Shown here one piece after another: positions 12,586 to 25,999 of a DNA stretch of 64,000 bases. The position numbers and the translations under genes were made by a program. The stretch comes from Azolla caroliniana. Lineage: Eukaryota; Plantae; Polypodiophyta. A model generated the notes under the pieces. The model saw only the letters and a list, made by a program, of their open reading frames with translations. It had not been told where the DNA came from and made no database searches. Every line of letters begins with the position of its first letter. Position 1 is the first letter of the stretch. The stretch spans positions 13,888,001-13,952,000 of the forward strand of contig JBHGNT010000007.1 of the NCBI GenBank assembly GCA_043228905.1. The letters are read 5' to 3'.

Positions 12586-13040
12586 TGTTACGGGCATGAC
12601 CATATAATATCCCGTGGTAAGAATTTACCGTAGTATTCTATACACGGGGATAAGTGTGAGGGTTAAACGAGAGTGTGAAGAAGGGGAGGATTACTTTTAA
12701 TCCTCGGGATTGAGACAACCCATTAGGTCAAGTGTGAACTTGCCTGGGGGCCTTGGGTATCGCGATAAATAAGAGGCCTAGCTACCCTCATTGGATCATC
12801 TTTTGACTACATCGAGACTCTGCTCGTGTGGTGGGTCAACTCTTGTAGCGAGCGCGCCAGCACCAGGTACGACTCGACGCCACGGCGGTGGTATGGGACG
12901 CCGATCGAGGCTCGAGTCCGTCTCGATCCCTTCGCTCGGGGGTGGTCGGGTGGATCGGCACCCTTCTTTCTCTTTCTCCTTTCTATCTTTCAATTCTTTA
13001 TCCTTATCTTAAGCTTACATTAGTGCTATGATCTATAATA
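12586..13040 (+). repeat. 5' LTR (TG...TA)
   Basis: Direct repeat of 19148-19602. Confidence 0.95.
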
Positions 13041-13042
13041 TT

Positions 13043-13052
13043 TGGTATCAGA
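13043..13052 (+). other. PBS, initiator tRNA-Met
   Basis: TGGTATCAGA, 2 nt after the LTR. Confidence 0.88.
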
Positions 13053-14727
13053 TTTTTGTACTAATGTTTCTTTGTTTTTCATTTGTCTTTTGATTGATGC
13101 TGATCGATCGTTGTGCGGTTGGCCTTGATCCAGACAACGATCAACAAAGAACTTCGGTAACTCTTTTCAGAATTTTTCTTTCTATTCTCTCTTCTCCCAT
13201 CTAATCATGTGTTTAGTTTATATGTAATTTTCTTTCATTAAGTCAATGATGTTGTAGTGGTCTTTAATTGATTATCTAAAACGTTTACATATGTGCACGA
13301 GGTCAATACCTCGTTTGACATATTAATAATATGTGATGAGTGTCGTATGCGTACGAGGTTAATACCTCAATTACGTATTACGTTCACGAACATATGTTAC
13401 GTTTGCGTATGAGTTTAATACCTTGATTTGTTGTAAACGATATGCGTTTGGTCTCGTATGCGTAAGAGGTCAATACCTCCATTGCGTATTACGATGATCT
13501 CTTATTTGTGGATGTTTCGTGTGCGTAGAGGTATATACCTCGATTACGTATCTCGATCACATCATTTGTGGCTATTTACTATAACGATATGTTGAATATA
13601 GGCATATGTGGTCACATATATACGTATTTGATCGTATATATGTGATAAGTAAACATATGTGTATATTCGTTATTACGTGATTATATCGAAAGTTGTCATG
13701 ATCGGGAAAAGGATGTTGGTGGCCGTCCTCACATTTTTGTGAGAATGGCGTTGTCACCATCCCTTTTTCAACATTTTTTTATTGTTGATAACCCCGTTGA
13801 CGACCTCGATTTCGTTACGTAAAGAAATGCAATAGCCATAATGATGTTGAGTACGTAGGGCTTGACCCACTTCAAGTGAGGTCGCTCCAATGACGCACGT
13901 ATCCAACATCCCTCCCTCGTTACATGGATACGATGCCACCATGAGCTCATTCTTACGAGAGGCATTCGTAATGACGTGACCATGTGATGGCCCACATGAG
14001 CCTACTACGAAACGAGGGCTCATTTGGCTTGACCATTAGGTTGCACTTTGGCGTATGCCATCGTAATTACGAGACTTGAGGTTAGGTAACGTACCAACAT
14101 AGTTTTGGTAAATGAGGGCGAAATAAGGACCTTGACATATATGTTCTTTTAAAAAAACATATATGATCAATTGCCTCGCATATCTCTTATACGCATCAAA
14201 CATTAAGCATTCGAGAAGAGCAACTTACTTGGTTGGCTCAAGTGTTTAATGTATTTGTTCTCGAGGTCTCGAGTTCAAATATGACCAAGACCATACAACA
14301 TCCTTGATACATATGACTATAACACATGTTTAGACTTAAGGTCTAAGTGCACCTCGGGGTCCTCGTAATAGGACTTAAAGAGCCGAAACCACTTATGTGG
14401 GCACCGAAACATAGTTTATTGTTAACATTTTTTTCGTGTATAAACTATTCATGACGCGAACATACATGGTTGAGCCTCGGGGAGCCACCATGAAAAAATC
14501 GATATAGAGATCAGGGAAAGACATTTATTTGTCACCCCCATGGTTTTTAAAACACCTTTGTGTTACCATAGTAACCTGATCTTGAACCTCATCTCATACG
14601 TCTAGAGGGGTATTGATGTGAGATAATGATATCGATTAATGCTCGCCCATGATATGTTTACATCACGACATGATGTTATGACTATATCTCTGACCTTATC
14701 CTATTTCTTTTCCAGAAATAATCTTTA

Positions 14728-17700
14728 ATGGCTCAAATTAACGACCCGATGTCATCCGCTCAAGCGGAAGGAACTCAAGGGAATCCTCCTGGACAAATGT
14801 CCACTGAGATGTATTTGGCACAAATAACCCAATTCCTTAGTTTCACCGCTCAACAGATGACCGAACTTCGGCAATCTCAGAGTGCTCTTGAGGCACGTGT
14901 CATTAGTCTACAACGTGAGACTAATAGACCTGATGAGCGACAAGGTGAACCATCATTTGTCGTTAAGCCATTTACGGGAGACAAAAAGGAAAGAACCGAA
15001 GAAGCAATCTGCACATGGCTGGGACGATGGGAGTCTCATTTTGAGCTCTATCCCACGCCAGATAGTACGAAGATTGCATATGTCGGCCGAGAACTCGGGG
15101 GTAAGGCCGCCGCCTGGTGGCGTGGCCTCCGTACTATGGGGAAATTGCCCGATACCTGGACAGATTTTGTCACGGTTTTTAAGGGCCAATTTCTGCAACC
15201 TCCCTCTCGAACCGAGGCAGCACAAGCTTTAATGAACCTCTCTAGCAGGAAATTTTCCTCGCTAGAAGACTATGTTCACCATGCTAGAACCCAAATCCAA
15301 AAATCGGGTCTAGAAGGGGACAATTGGTTGATAGCTTGTTTTGTCAATGGCATCCCCAATTCGGACTATCACTGGATAGTGCACGATAAGGATCCAAAAT
15401 CCTTCGAAGAGGCCGTTGAAATAGTTCTTCGCTATCAACGCACTTCGAAGAAGGACCATAACAAACCCAACGAAGCGCCCGGGACTAAGCAGTCGCAATT
15501 TGTTGGGAAACGCAAGACACCCAACGAATTCCTGGATCGCGATTGTAAGCGACAACATCCTTTTTGTGTATTCTGCAAAAAGAAGGGTCATACAAAAGAT
15601 CAATGTCGAAAGCTCCAACGGAAAGAGCACGACAACAAAGCTAAAGCTGCAGACCATAAAGGTCAGATTCCTAATGTCCTTCAGGTCTATACACATCATT
15701 TAAGTAATTGTCAATGTTCTTTCCCTCACTATGTATTGGGTCCCAATGATTTACTACGTGCAAACGGGTATATCAATGGATCTCCCGTACAATTTTTATT
15801 TGATTCGGGAAGCTCACACAATTTTGTGAATGATCGTTTGGTTCAGATATGGGGAATCCAACCCACCGTAAGTGATCACACCTACACGGTGCACTTGGCT
15901 GATGGAAGAGTACAATACATCAACGGGGCGATTCATTCATTAGGAATTTCTATTGATACTTATATAGAGGAAGTAGACTTCCATGTAATGAATCTTTGTA
16001 CCACCGATGTAATACTGGGTTATCCCTGGTTTTATAATAAAAACTCTTCTTTATTTATTGATTGGGTTCGTCATTCCATTTCTTTTGTACTGAACGATTG
16101 TACGCATTTTATTCAATGTGTAAAAAAACAATCCCTCTCGATTGTTTCCTCGTGTCCATCAATATCTGAGTTGTCTTGTTCTACGTTATTTTATTGTGTA
16201 CTTGATCCAGACATTCACGTTTACAATATCGATAATGTCCCGATTCAATTAACATATTTTGAACAACAACAACTTGATGAAATCATAAATGATTTTCATG
16301 ATGTTTTTCCAAGTGAACTACCTGATGGGTTACCTCCTAAACGTAATATAGACCATCGTATAGATATTGTACCTGGTGTTGCACCAATAAGTATACCTCC
16401 GTATCGCTTAAGTCGATCCGAAGAAGATGAGGTATCTAAGCAACTCAAGGACTATTTACGAATGGGTTATATACGTTATAGTAAATCTCCATGGGGTGCA
16501 CCAGTTCTCTTGGTTAAAAAGAAAGAGGGCACATGGCGTATGTGTATTAATTACCGACGCTTGAATAAAGTGACGATCAAGAATTCGTATCCATTGCCCC
16601 GGGCTGACGATCTAATTGACCGTCTCCAGGGAGCTCGGTATTTTACGAAACTTGATCTCCGTACTGGCTACCATCAAATACGAATAAGTGAGGACGATGT
16701 TCCTAAAACGGCATTTCGTACGCGCTATGGCCATTACGAGTTTTTGGTTATGCCTTTTGGTTTGACCAATGCTCCGGCTACTTTTCAACAAGAAATGAAT
16801 GACATTTTCCGAGAACAACTTGGAAAATTTGTCGTTATTTTCTTGGATGATATTTTAGTTTATAGCCGTACATTACAAGAACATGCTAGACATGTCCGCT
16901 TTGTTTTACAAACATTGCGTGACAAACAGTTTTATGCGAAGATCTCAAAATGTGAGTTCTTCAAGAAATCAATTACTTATCTAGGACATCTCATAACCGA
17001 ACGAGGAGTTGAAATTGATCCTTCTCGCATTGAGAAAATCAAGCTTTGGCCCACTCTTCGGAATATTCGAGAAGTTCGATCATTCCTTGGTTTTGTGGGG
17101 TTTTTGCGAAAGTCTCTTCGTAATTACTCCCAATTGACGACGCCGTTTACTGATCTTTTAAAAGGTCAAACGCGTAAGTCTACAAAACCTATTGTGTGGA
17201 ATGCTACACTAGACCTTGCCTTTAAGGAACTCAAGGACCTGGTTTGCAAGGCTCCTTCACTTCTTTTACCCGATCCTTCAAAACCTTTTGAGGTTGAAAC
17301 CGATGCAAGCGATTATGCTATAGGTGCTGTCTTGTATCAAGATGGTAAACCAATAGCATTCGAGAGTAAGAAACTTGATTCTGCTCAATGTCGGTATACC
17401 GTTCAAGAAAAGGAATTATTTGCAGTTATACATGCGCTCAAAACATGGCGCCATTATCTTTATGGAAATCACTTTGTGGTAACTACGGACCACGAGTCCT
17501 TGAAATATTTTTGTGACCAACAAGACCTGAAAGGTCGTAAGGCACGATGGGCTGATCTCATCCAGGACTTTGATTTTTCCATACGATATCGTAAAGGTTC
17601 CATGAACATTGTCACTGATGCACTAAGTCGCATCCGTGAAGTTAACACGCTTAGCTTCACTGAAATATCATCAGATCTTTATGATCACCTTCGAGGAAAG

Positions 17701-19161
17701 TATCCTGATGACAGTTATTTTGCAAAATACTGGGCAAGAGTTGAGTCTGGAACAGACACCACCACATCCTCGAAGGAATACTTCCACATTGCTAACGGTT
17801 TGCTCTACCGTAATGGGAAGGTTTGTGTTCCAGATTTACCCGAGGTCAAAAAGAGGATTCTTTTTGAATGCCATGATGCACCCTCAGCAGGGCACCCTGG
17901 AATACATCGTACACTCGTTCTCATCTCCACTCAATTTTATTGGCCTAAGATGCGTCCTGACATACATAGCTATGTGACTAAATGTCACCAGTGTCAGGTT
18001 AACAAAGCCGAGCGACTTAAAGCCGCAGGACTTTTACATCCCTTGGACATTCCCAATAATAAGTGGGAAAGTATATCCATGGATTTTATTGTTAGCCTTC
18101 CTCGCACCCAAAAAGGTCATGATGCCATCTGGGTTGTCGTTGATCGACTAACTAAAATGGCCAGATTTATTGCTACTAAAACCACGGTAACAGCTCCTGA
18201 ATTGGCTTACCAATTCGTTGACGAATTGTTTCGTTTTTATGGGTTACCGATGGATATCGTGAGTGATCGAGATCCAAAGTTTACTAGTGACTTCTGGACA
18301 CAAGTCTTTAAGAAGTTAGAAACTACGTTGAGCATGAGCTCCACGGATCATCCTCAATCCGATGGACAGACAGAACGAGTAAATCAAATTATTGAGGACA
18401 TGCTTCGAGCATACGTTGGTGCAAAACCAACAAAATGGGAACGTTATCTCCCAATTTTGGAGTTTGCTTATAACAGCTCCAAGCATACGTCGACGGGATA
18501 TAGTCCTTTTATGTTGATGTATGGTTTTCAGCCACGAGCCCCGATTGATGTTACTATACATCATGATGAGTTGCGAAGTACGCAAAACTTCCTTCGGGAT
18601 ATGCAAGATATGTTGCATATTGCACGAGATAATATAAAAACAGCTCAAGATAGAGCGCGTTTTTATGCCGATCATCATAGGCAACCTCGTGTATTCAACC
18701 CTGGACAGAAGGTATTTTTACGTGTACCTCACAATTCCAAGACATTGTCTACGGGTAAGTGCGCTAAGTTAGCCCCACGGTTTTGTGGACCTTTTACAGT
18801 CCTCAAACGCATTGGGTCATCAGCCTATCGTCTCGCTCTTCCCGATGGTGTCGGAATTCATCCAGTCTTTCATGTGAGTCGTCTAAAAGAACTTCTAGGT
18901 TCTGGCGACAATACAGTTACGACTGAAACTCTGGTTACTTCTGAAGAATTATCTTCTAAACCACATGTACCAGAAAGAATTCTCGATGTTAAAACAAAAA
19001 AATTACGTACTAAAGAAATCCGAGAATTTAAAATAAAATGGCTGGATAAATCAATAAAAGATGCCACATGGGAACGCGAAACTACTCTTAGAACTAACTT
19101 CCCTAACTTTCCATTGCAAGAGTGCAATGTTTTAAAGAGGGGGAGTATGTTACGGGCATGA
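14728..19161 (+). CDS. gag-pol: Gag-Pol polyprotein (Gag, CCHC, PR, RT, RNase H, INT, chromodomain), 1477 aa
   Basis: [47 protein letters not shown] plus SMDF/SDRD/QTER, and PERILD...IKW...ATWE. Confidence 0.97.
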   Translation: MAQINDPMSSAQAEGTQGNPPGQMSTEMYLAQITQFLSFTAQQMTELRQSQSALEARVISLQRETNRPDERQGEPSFVVKPFTGDKKERTEEAICTWLGRWESHFELYPTPDSTKIAYVGRELGGKAAAWWRGLRTMGKLPDTWTDFVTVFKGQFLQPPSRTEAAQALMNLSSRKFSSLEDYVHHARTQIQKSGLEGDNWLIACFVNGIPNSDYHWIVHDKDPKSFEEAVEIVLRYQRTSKKDHNKPNEAPGTKQSQFVGKRKTPNEFLDRDCKRQHPFCVFCKKKGHTKDQCRKLQRKEHDNKAKAADHKGQIPNVLQVYTHHLSNCQCSFPHYVLGPNDLLRANGYINGSPVQFLFDSGSSHNFVNDRLVQIWGIQPTVSDHTYTVHLADGRVQYINGAIHSLGISIDTYIEEVDFHVMNLCTTDVILGYPWFYNKNSSLFIDWVRHSISFVLNDCTHFIQCVKKQSLSIVSSCPSISELSCSTLFYCVLDPDIHVYNIDNVPIQLTYFEQQQLDEIINDFHDVFPSELPDGLPPKRNIDHRIDIVPGVAPISIPPYRLSRSEEDEVSKQLKDYLRMGYIRYSKSPWGAPVLLVKKKEGTWRMCINYRRLNKVTIKNSYPLPRADDLIDRLQGARYFTKLDLRTGYHQIRISEDDVPKTAFRTRYGHYEFLVMPFGLTNAPATFQQEMNDIFREQLGKFVVIFLDDILVYSRTLQEHARHVRFVLQTLRDKQFYAKISKCEFFKKSITYLGHLITERGVEIDPSRIEKIKLWPTLRNIREVRSFLGFVGFLRKSLRNYSQLTTPFTDLLKGQTRKSTKPIVWNATLDLAFKELKDLVCKAPSLLLPDPSKPFEVETDASDYAIGAVLYQDGKPIAFESKKLDSAQCRYTVQEKELFAVIHALKTWRHYLYGNHFVVTTDHESLKYFCDQQDLKGRKARWADLIQDFDFSIRYRKGSMNIVTDALSRIREVNTLSFTEISSDLYDHLRGKYPDDSYFAKYWARVESGTDTTTSSKEYFHIANGLLYRNGKVCVPDLPEVKKRILFECHDAPSAGHPGIHRTLVLISTQFYWPKMRPDIHSYVTKCHQCQVNKAERLKAAGLLHPLDIPNNKWESISMDFIVSLPRTQKGHDAIWVVVDRLTKMARFIATKTTVTAPELAYQFVDELFRFYGLPMDIVSDRDPKFTSDFWTQVFKKLETTLSMSSTDHPQSDGQTERVNQIIEDMLRAYVGAKPTKWERYLPILEFAYNSSKHTSTGYSPFMLMYGFQPRAPIDVTIHHDELRSTQNFLRDMQDMLHIARDNIKTAQDRARFYADHHRQPRVFNPGQKVFLRVPHNSKTLSTGKCAKLAPRFCGPFTVLKRIGSSAYRLALPDGVGIHPVFHVSRLKELLGSGDNTVTTETLVTSEELSSKPHVPERILDVKTKKLRTKEIREFKIKWLDKSIKDATWERETTLRTNFPNFPLQECNVLKRGSMLRA
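19134..19145 (+). other. polypurine tract
   Basis: AAAGAGGGGGAG, 2 nt before the 3' LTR. Confidence 0.9.
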
Positions 19162-19602
19162 CCATATAATATCCCGTGGTAAGAATTTACCGTAGTATTC
19201 TATACACGGGGATAAGTGTGAGGGTTAAACGAGAGTGTGAAGAAGGGGAGGATTACTTTTAATCCTCGGGATTGAGACAACCCATTAGGTCAAGTGTGAA
19301 CTTGCCTGGGGGCCTTGGGTATCGCGATAAATAAGAGGCCTAGCTACCCTCATTGGATCATCTTTTGACTACATCGAGACTCTGCTCGTGTGGTGGGTCA
19401 ACTCTTGTAGCGAGCGCGCCAGCACCAGGTACGACTCGACGCCACGGCGGTGGTATGGGACGCCGATCGAGGCTCGAGTCCGTCTCGATCCCTTCGCTCG
19501 GGGGTGGTCGGGTGGATCGGCACCCTTCTTTCTCTTTCTCCTTTCTATCTTTCAATTCTTTATCCTTATCTTAAGCTTACATTAGTGCTATGATCTATAA
19601 TA
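19148..19602 (+). repeat. 3' LTR (TG...TA)
   Basis: Direct repeat of 12586-13040, followed by the TSD. Confidence 0.95.
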
Positions 19603-22350
19603 GAATTAAGTGTCCATTTCATTACACTCTCACAAAATATATATTTTAGGATACAAATCCTTTCTAGGTCTAACTAAACATTGTTAAGTCCTTATTCAAA
19701 GCATGCACTGAACATGGTCATATCCTTTAGTCTCTAGATTCACACTACTATAATATCCTAATATATATCTTAGCATAGAAAATGGAACGTGAAGTCTTAC
19801 TTATAAGTTATAACTAATATTGAGAGGGTATGAACTCTAATATAAAAACATGGATGAGTGGGTGTTTTTAGAAAATACATTCAATTCATGACATACTACT
19901 CTCGGGAAGCCAAACAATTTATGATGGCTTAATGCTATGGAAGTTAGTTAGTCATGATGTATTTGACATACAACCATAAAAAGGAAATTCCATCAACATT
20001 GGTAGTGAGAGAGATTACATTCAAAACTTTGCTCACAATTAGTGATGAATGATTTGTAGGAAGCTTCCAACATAATAGGGAAGTATACACTAGCCTCTTC
20101 ATTTCGATTTAGGCAATGTTACAATATTGGATAACAACTTGATACAATTAGACGTTAATGTTGACATTTTGTTCAATGCCCTTTTACTCTTTTCCGCTAA
20201 AATTTTGGTGGTAGTTGTAGATATTTATAGAGGGAAAAAAAAATCCATAAAAAAAATATAAATTGTTTACATCTTTACTCATAATTTCTTATTATTTACT
20301 AGATGAAACAATCAACCAACTATTAAAGAAACAAACTATTGAAAAGTTGTCCAAGTTCATATATTATTCCCTTCCGTTTATCAAAATGTGAATCAACTTT
20401 CTTTTTTCTACGTTCAACCACTCTAGTGAAACTAAAATTAAAAATCCAAAAATTTCAAGCATGACTAACAACCTACCTTCTCTATATGAGTCTAAAAGAC
20501 CATGCCAGCTACACATGCATTTAAGTTTCCAGATGAAGAACAAATATTACACATGGTAATGATATATTACCAGCCGGCCTTGCCTTGTGGTGTGTTTACT
20601 CACGTTAGACATAGTTTCTATAAGTTGAAGTTGTCAATGTATAGTGATGTCAATCTATGTATGAAAGAGCACACATATGTGCAACTTTGGAAATGCCCAT
20701 AGAAGCATCCCACTTGGTCCTAAGATTGTGCATCAATTCATTACATATAAGAGCTAAGACCTCTTATGTAGAGTTTGTCTAGATACCAAGCATATGAGGG
20801 TATTGACTCCTTTGAAGTTTCCACAAATAAAAAAACGAGATGGTTAGAAGACTCTCGAGATGGCAACGTATCTATAGTGTCTCTAGAATACCATGTGGCT
20901 ATGAGCATAACTATGGGATGTCTCATGCATAGTCATAAAAAGTTTAATGTATAATACATATCCTAAGTATTTTAAAAGTATTCTAAAGGTAGAATACAAA
21001 GAATACAACTTATATTTGTATTGCATCTAAATTGTTTTGTAACTTTGGTTGATTTAGTCTCTCTAAATGATACCTATATCACATGGAAAAAAATCATGTA
21101 ATGAACGAATCATGCCAAAAACTTTGCCCAATGAAGAAATCATTTCATATAACAAGAAAAGTTTATGGTTGTTTATTATAATTATTATGATTATTTTATT
21201 TCTTCTTCTTCTTTAAAAACATAAGATACTCGTAAAATATGTAGAACATTTTGTAATGCCAATTCTAGAATGTAGAACACACTATAAATACTTCAAGTTC
21301 AAAGTATTCAAAAATGTATTCTAGACATAAAATATGTATTTTTAGCAACTATTGCCTCACGTTAAATGAATACATGTTGTCTATGTCAACCAAAGAATTT
21401 CTACCCAAGAAAGAACTTGAAGGCATACCTATTGCCCTGTTAGTGTGGAATCTATTAGCATTGTTCATCATTAAAATTCATGAATGGCAAGCTACCCTTT
21501 CCATTGTTGTGGTTTCAATGTGAAGTGTTCTCTTCTTCTAGTCTCAATAAGTAGGACCATGTTGTATGGTATTTATAGCAATTTAGAGATAGAGGGCTAT
21601 TGGTATTGTTTGCCATCAAAGTTGAAATGACTTGCGACCAAAATAAAACATTATTAAGAAAGCTGTGTAGAGTTAGTAACACGCAAATGGCACAAAAAAG
21701 CAACACTCGGGTTCCCAATGGATGCGAGATATGAAAAAACAAGGTTTGGAAATGGCATATATCATATTTTCTCATGATGTATTGATAGATTCCTCCATGA
21801 ATGGGGCCTTTTACAATGTTCATGTATCTTGGCTTGGGAAAGATGTGGAGTCTCATGTTTCATAAATCATGCATGTTACACATGTTGCATCTAGAGACAA
21901 ATGGATGGGCTCTAACAAGAAGCGTCCTTCTATATACACATTTTTCCTTAACCAAGTTTCAGAGTTAGAGTATCACAGTTTGATACAATGTAGTACATTT
22001 GACTACATTCACGTTTGCTTTCTACACATTGTCAATCTTATTCACTCCCAACACACATTCCACTCACAATTAGAATGTGCTCTCTTGATTGCAAGATTAA
22101 TTGTTGAAATTCTTGAACATCAAGAAGAGTCACATTTAATTAAATTCAAGTTTGCTTTCTACACATCATCAATCTTATTCACTCCAACACACATTTCACT
22201 CACAATTACAATGTGCTCTCTAGATTGCATTGTTTACTATTAAAATTCGTCAACATCAAGTCATTATTTAATTCTACACATAATGTAAAAATGTTTCCAT
22301 CTTTGTTCCATAGATCATACTTGATCTTCAAAGATGATTATAAAATCTAC

Positions 22351-22396
<46 letters not shown>

Positions 22397-23896
22397 AGTA
22401 TCACACTTTGATATCATATTCGACCATGCTTGCCACTCTTTGACCAAGCCCAATCCTTGCACGAATTTCTCTCACAACCACAATGTGCACTCTCCATTGT
22501 AACATGCATTGGTAAAGTTCTTGAACATCGAGAGTCACTACTCACTTTCACACATATCACGTGAAATGTAATATTTTTGGTCTCATAGGTCATATTTGAC
22601 CTCCGACAAGGATAATATAATCTCTCTCTCTCTCTTTGGTGAAAACACACAATTATATTAATAAATGTGTGTGAAAAACACTACTTACAATGGTTGTGAC
22701 AATGGAGTATGGTCACCCACTAACTACACTACATGGGTTCTCTCTCTCTCTCTCTCTCTTACACACACACACACAAATCAAGAGAACCCAAGTTCGATTA
22801 TGATCATGAGCTCAACCCCAGGCCCCGTGGACCCATCCAATTGATTGAAATGCATCTCCCATGAACGTTTATGTAGCGGTTTGTGACTGGTATCATTTTA
22901 GCTATTCATGTTTGGTTGTAATGAGTAGACACTCATGTTTTTCGGTGAATGAAAACTACTAGCTCGTTTTATTTCCATAAATGTCATGTGTTACGTTATT
23001 TAGAGTTATGATGCTTGCTTCTCACTCTTCATCATTTTCGCTCCATATAGCAATCATGTGCTCATTTGTATTTATTTAGAAATGTCTCTATGATGTTTTT
23101 TAACAAATGTCTTTGATTGCTTTCATTATTCATATAATACTATGAGTAAGGAATGAATCAGAAACACATATGGACACACATTTAATTTATTCTCTAATTT
23201 GTTCTACATGAGATTTAGGACACTTTTTTAGTGACAATGTACATATATATAATTTTAAGAAAGGTCCAAGATTTTTTGGAAAAAAGAAAAGAAAAAGAAA
23301 AAAGGTCCAAGATACCTTTTTAATAATTGAGAATCTTGACCATTGTTTTAGCACATCCTAGTACTAAAAACTATTGTGATGGAAAAAGTTTGCAAGGCTA
23401 TCGATGGATTTCAATTGGTTCAATATTGGAGAATATTTTCTTCAATATATGTATATGCAAGTCGTGACAACTTATAATGTTGGTGCTCCTTTAGTTCGGT
23501 TTATCTTTTTGTATATATTACATATTTTATTCATGTAGTTAATTGCATTGCCATCACCACATTTGATTTTGTATATATTTACATAACCATATAATGATAT
23601 TTTTATTTTCTTCCTATTCCATGATGTAAACTCTACTAATCTTGACCCTTTTTGGTAGATAAGACTATAATATTTGAACACTCGTCGAATTAGTGATTAC
23701 TTACATTTAGAGCCTAAAAATTGAATAGGGTTTGAACTTTGGATATATGCAAGCATTCAAAATCACTAAAGTTAAGGCCTCAATAAAGCCAATCATAGAA
23801 TGACCACAAACTAGAAACTTGACCACCTACCTTGGGATTAAGAATGTAAAATTTCTGATTGGCCCACTATGATAATTATATATATATATATATATA

Positions 23897-25246
23897 GGAA
23901 TGTGCTATTTGCCCCCCCCCTAAATAAATAAAAAACTTTTTGGCTATTTTGGCTAAACCACCACCACACCCGTTGTTTGTTGTTGCTTTCTAGATCTCCA
24001 AAGGGAACACTCTCTTCAACACTTCTTCTGAACTGTAGGTTTCCGTGGACGCTCTGAGAGTGGCCAATGGAATCAATGGTGATACCATCTATGCAGGAGA
24101 GACACTCGTTATACCTAACTGAGGATCCATGTCACTCTCGGATGATTTCTAGTGAACTTTTATCCTATAAAATCCTCTTATTTTCTTGTTACGGAATCTG
24201 AAATGAAAACCATTCTTGGGTAAAGAAAAGAAAACAAACTTTTCTCGTAGTTAATTGTTTCATATGCATCAAAATCAAAGAAATGATAACGTTCCCTTGC
24301 TCGACAAAAACTGAATCATCTGCGTTTTTTTTTGGTTTGTTTGTTTCTGTATCAATTTCCATATCCACGTTTGCTACTGGGATCTACAAGGATGGTGATA
24401 CTAACGTGCACTTTAGAAGTGAGTTCTCAAGATCAAAGGAGAGTCTTAAAGATGTCTTAGAGAAGATAATAGATAGATCTTTAACCAGTGGTTAAGTTTT
24501 GATGTGAAGCATGTTTTTAGAAATCAGGGAAAAGAGGGCCTCTCAACCCCATAGAACCTCAATTGGTTACATGATGTTTTGATCGATCTTGAATATCTCA
24601 TTTTGTGGCCATCTTAAGGTCTCCATTGGTTAAATGATTTTCCAGGGATCTGTAATATCTCAAACATGATGGCTTGTGTTTCGCATCTCTTACTATAAAC
24701 CATATTCTAATTCTCCCCTTACAATAATGTGGTGTTAATAGTATGCCAATGCCAATTCATTGTCTTCTGTGTCATCTGATAACATGTTCATCATTCACCA
24801 TCTTTTGTCACGTATATTTCTATTTTGTTTAGCAATATTCATTGTCTGTTAGTTGAAAACAAGCAACTTAAATAGGTCTAGCTATGTCCATTGATTGAAT
24901 TATATGTGGAAGAATTACCAGAAAATAGCCAAAATGTTGAGAACTACTAGAAAATTAGGGGGCAAAATGGAGGGGACAACTATGTGCTGAGCTACGAAAT
25001 GAGAGCTATTAGAGAGCTATCAAAATGATTTCTTTTGGGTGAGGGGGGAGGGGGAGCCAAGCTATATCAGAGAATGTTTTTCTATTTGGGGGGGGGTGGG
25101 GGGGGGGGGGGGGGGAACGAAAATGGGTTTGGGGGGGCCAAAATGGCGGGAGAACTATCAAAGATTTTTTTTCTTGGGGAGGCGGGGGCGGTGTGGTGGT
25201 GGTTTAGCCAAAATAGCCAAAATAGGGGGGCCAAATAGCGCATTCC
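23897..25246. mobile_element. non-autonomous TIR DNA transposon (Mutator/Pack-MULE-like) inserted in a (TA)n microsatellite
   Basis: Terminal inverted repeats GGAATG(T/C)GCTATTTG...TTTTGGCTATTTTGGCTAAACCACCACCACACC at both ends, (TA)n on both flanks. Confidence 0.85.
24039..24122 (+). pseudogene. captured terminal exon encoding the C-terminal half of a LysM domain
   Basis: After acceptor ...TTCTGAACTGTAG it reads VSVDALRVANGINGDTIYAGETLVIPN*, matching the LysM pattern (v..l...N.i....i..G..L.iP). Confidence 0.75.
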
Positions 25247-25999
25247 TATATATATATATATATATATATATATGCATATAAAGTTGAATATTTAACATCT
25301 TCCGTTGGAAGACTTATTCTTTTCCTACATTGTACATGGGTCATTCCTAATATTACGTAGTCATACATTAAAGTTTTATTGGAGCAATTAATATTGTTGA
25401 TGCTCAAAAACTAAATTATGAACATCCAAGCTAACTACATAAAAAATGCAAAAATGTTGAATTAGAGGCAAAAGCATGTGATTTTTTTTTAAATGTTTCA
25501 AAAACTATGGCGTGATTATTTACAATATTGTTCTCCAATTCATAAATCAACTCAAAACATTTCTACAATGTTTAGTATACTTCCAGAGCCATGACTTTTG
25601 ACAACTCAATCACCATGACCTTGAGGGAAGCATAGGTAAACATGGGACATCATTAACCTCTTTATTATAAAAGGGTAACTATATGAATTAAATATTTGCT
25701 TTAGCTAGGTTAGGTTCAAACTCCTACATGGATGTGAAGTAAGGTTTATACATTAACGAACATGATATTTCTATGGAGTTCATATTATATGTGGCTAGTT
25801 TGAGTTAATTTTATTTGCATAACCTTAGGAGCAATTCTAAAGTTATTTTATAGGGTTAATTGGTTCGATGTTTAATAAATGATTAATGATATTCAATTCA
25901 ATATTTAATTCATAATTATATTTTTTTCAGTTGTAATCAATCGTTAGCCATTTGATCGATGTTTTATTTACCAACATCAATCATTTAATCGATTGTTTA

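Larger units (their letters stand above)
12586..19602 (+). mobile_element. intact, recently inserted Ty3/gypsy chromovirus
   Basis: Two 455-bp LTRs with no difference seen by eye, TSD GAATT (12581-12585, 19603-19607), PBS, PPT and a single intact ORF. Confidence 0.97.

Noticed and set aside
19608-23870. Short ORFs in the AT-rich interval as host exons
   Set aside because: No recognisable domains or coherent splice structure seen. Small exons cannot be excluded without RNA data.
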